Below are positions 60,935-64,000 of a DNA stretch of 64,000 bases, in pieces. Source of the DNA: Macrostomum hystrix (lineage: Eukaryota > Animalia > Platyhelminthes); assembly GCA_950097015.1 (NCBI GenBank), contig CATNEN010000033.1, positions 806,001 through 870,000 of the forward strand. Reading direction: 5' to 3'. The first letter of the stretch is position 1. Every line of letters begins with the position of its first letter. Both the position numbers and the translations under genes were made by a program. The notes under the pieces are model-generated. The model was not told the origin of the DNA and did no database searches. It saw nothing but the letters and a program-made list of their open reading frames with translations.

Positions 60935-62706
60935 CGTTTGCCTGTTGTAATTAATAAGAAACGTCTTTTAAGAAATTCGAAATTAAGCATCATCTTTAAA
61001 ATACGTAATGTTATTCATGGGAATATGAACAAAAATGTAGTTTTTATCACAGAAAAATTTATCAACTTACTTTGCGGAGAGCTAGAGGGGATTAGGCAGA
61101 AAATTAAAGCCACCTCGGCTCATGCAGCCATAATTATACAATGGATAGACGGAAATGACAAAAACAAAATGCCAACAGAAAAAGTCTTCTGTTTCCTCCT
61201 GTTGCCTCTCCGTAGCCTCCAGTTGATCAATAATTATTAATGTGGCTTCATTATTCTATTTGCAAGCGTTCTGCCCTCTCTCTCATCCATTTCCATCCCA
61301 TCAGCAGTCGTATATAATTAAAATGCGCATATATCATTGCTAGTATGATACTCATATAGGCGAACTATTACAATTTAGGAGCACCAGAAACTTTATGATA
61401 TGTTATAATTTAATTGCATTAAACTATAATTATGATTTCTGGTGGTAACTATGTTGAAAAAACTTCCTTTCCCAGATGATGATGATGCATGTAATTGCAG
61501 AACTCCTGCAGACCTGTTGCGTCTTGTGGATTTCATATTGTAACTCTATGGCGGACCAATTGTTCTATTTTTCTTGTTGTAACTAGTTTATTAGTTCAAA
61601 TTTCGTCATATTTCAGTAGTCAAATTAAAGATGAAACTTTCCGCTTTCTAATCGCACCAAACTCATTGAATTTCAAGCATGCAGTGAGGATCTATAGCCA
61701 AAAGTATCACTACTTTTTTACACCCTCGTAATTACGCCCGTAGATCTTCATAACTCCAACATCTACGAGCGTACAATTAATGTACTTACCTATTAGTATA
61801 TGCTTCTCAGTGTGATGCGCGTGAGAAGCGTCTTAAATACAAAATTAAAGCATTGAAACTAATTTGACCTGAATATATTCTTTTACCGAAACAGCTAATG
61901 TGATTTGCTTTCTGGGTTTCCCATGACCTTTCCAACGCAAATTACTGCATCCTAACTGCATGCAAATGTACTGAAGTCGTTCACTCTAAACGAATTGATA
62001 AAAAAGCCACCTAGCAAGTAAGTTTTTTATGTAGTTTTAATGCATTAATGACCTATTCTTATAATTAAAATATCATATGCTAGCTTTGGTTTAACTCTTG
62101 TCAGTTTAAACGAAAGTTTTCTAAGATGCGAATTTCGCGGCCCGTAAAGTGCAACGTACGCTAGCTATTATCGGCCTTATAGGTATTTAAGCTGCTTAGG
62201 CCCTATCAGCTAATGTTGGTTCTTGTTGTTAAATTGCTATTAGTAATAAAATTAAGTAGAAACCCACTACAACAGAACCACTTTGCTTTAAAATACAGCT
62301 AGCTAAAGAGAAGAGCAACTCCTGGTGCTTGAATGTGCTGGAAAAATAAATCAACAATTAAGGGTTAACACTTTCCAAGCCTGTTTGAATCTTTTGTAGC
62401 TAAAGACATTATTAATTGACATTTTAGTATAAGTCTTGTGGTGCTTATTGCTTTAAAACAGATCATATGTCAAGCTTATGTGTTTTCCTGAAGTCATAAA
62501 TTAGGTAGGCCTAGGTTAATTCTTATGTACATTTTTATTAAGAAAAAATATATACAACAAAATAACAACACAATTTTTTTTTCTGCAAGGCTCTATTGAA
62601 TCAAAATTCATGATAATATTGCTTTGAAATGTAGAATTGTAGCTAATACTTTATTTGTCTCTATTTCTTGATAAAATTGTTAGTACCTTGTTATTACCTA
62701 CTTTAC

Positions 62707-62816
62707 CGGGTGCCAGGCATTTCGGTGACAGTGACAGGGCTTTTCGGTACAGTGCATTTCGGTACCAGTCAGTGCTTTTCGGTGACTTAATTTTCGGTAC
62801 AGTGCATTTCGGTACC
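62707..62816. repeat. Six short subterminal-type repeats (TTTCGGT[AG][CA]), probably the 3' terminal region of the MULE element
   Basis: Motif recurs every 15-20 bp, ~430 bp downstream of the MULE stop; the opposite end lies outside the window. Confidence 0.5.
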
Positions 62817-63243
62817 TGCTTTTCGAACGGTGCCTTAAATAGTCAAGCATTAAAGAGTAAAGACTATACTAGGCCTAGCTCCCCTGTTTGTATTCGTGTG
62901 AATACATATTTTAACGGTATATTTTAATGAGAATATTTTAATATTTTAACGAGAACGACAAAAAGACATTGCTGAAATACAATGTACTGCAATGTTCCAG
63001 TACATATACAGTTACAAGATTTTCCTGTTTAGTAACAACACTCAATGCCTTAAATTGTCAATTGTCCATGCACAAAGTTGTACGCGTCAAAGTCAAGTTG
63101 ATTAGCAATATCTGTGGACGAAGTTTTAAAGAGAAAACAATAAAACGATAGGGATAGATGCACCTATAAAGGTCATTGCTAAAATACATCCAGACAAGAT
63201 CTGGAACTAAAGAAGATCCAGGCAACCGCCAGACGTGTATCAG

Positions 63244-64000
63244 TTATTTTCCAACAAAGCGGCTGCAAGTAGCCAGCAGCTGGTTGACAGTCAGAAGGCC
63301 CTCAGAAAACTGTCTCCAGGCATTATGTATGTTAGCCTGCATTGTGTGGTAAGCAACGCGTTGCCTGCGTTGCAGGGCCCCCCTCGAGACGAGCTGCGCA
63401 TTCATTGGTATCATGCTCGCTTCAGAGGAGAGCAGTTTTAGCAGAACGTAAAACTGTAGAGTGCTGCGCCCAGCTTTGGCATTCAATCGTTGGTGGTACC
63501 CTTCAACGTCATTGTTGGAACGAATGGCCCGGCCGAATACACTGACGTCTTCTGCAGTCCAGAAACTGTCTGCTGACAACCAGGTACTGCAAATATAGTC
63601 GCAAACAGCAATCAAGCGGGAATCGGTCTGCACAACCTGCAGGAAAATGTGGGGATACATTTCTTATTTTGAAAACTCATAAATTATTTCTGACTAATAG
63701 TCTTACATTGCTGGCTTCCAGTTCTTGAAGCATTTGTGACATATGGCAAGCGGGCAGATAGTGCAATGCCATCAGTTTTCGGCAGAGCTTGCGAATGGCT
63801 TCATCCTCAGAATATGCTGATTGCAAGCCAAGAGCTTGGATCTTGCGAAAGACTGTTTGCGTCCAGTGAAAGCTGCAGCCATGTACTCACAGGTCAGGAA
63901 ACGTGAGATGTGCTGCTTTCTAGGCAGCAGCTTCAAAGTCCATGACAAATACAGACGGATGCGCCATGTCAGGCAATAGGTTCCAAATGGCTTGCAGCAC
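63244..64000 (-). pseudogene. MULE/Mutator transposase C-terminal part, with one intron (63706-63637) and two in-frame stops; runs off the window edge
   Basis: VMDFEAAA*KAAHLTFPDL*VHGCSFHWTQTVFRKIQALGL...|VVQTD...TWL...RSNNDVEGYHQRLN: the MULE DFE, CxFH and NNxxEGxH motifs. Confidence 0.88.

Overview
Eukaryotic (animal) genomic DNA with short GC-rich genes scattered among many different minisatellite arrays. The style (CAG-rich coding sequence, 14-38 bp tandem arrays, tRNA-derived SINEs) suggests a free-living flatworm such as Macrostomum; this is inference. Supportable genes: (1) two single-exon paralogues encoding small secreted 8-cysteine proteins I cannot assign to a family (4174-4575, 13206-13634); (2) a 3-exon Smaug/Vts1-type SAM-domain protein with Q/A/H-rich low-complexity arms (18999-21959, minus); (3) CEP164 (33931-42783, minus), whose coiled-coil region is broken by five consecutive +1 frameshifts; (4) an MPP/p55-type MAGUK (53153-58056, plus) with a candidate 12-nt microexon; (5) a secreted PAN/apple + C-type lectin (60140-60934, minus). 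Mobile DNA: head-to-tail non-autonomous Helitron-like units carrying satellites, two SINE families, a Maverick/Polinton remnant (packaging ATPase and integrase), an hAT MITE and a dead MULE transposase. Most long ORFs in the supplied track are artefacts of stop-free tandem repeats. There is no CRISPR array, rRNA or convincing tRNA gene. Repeat boundaries were read by eye and are approximate.
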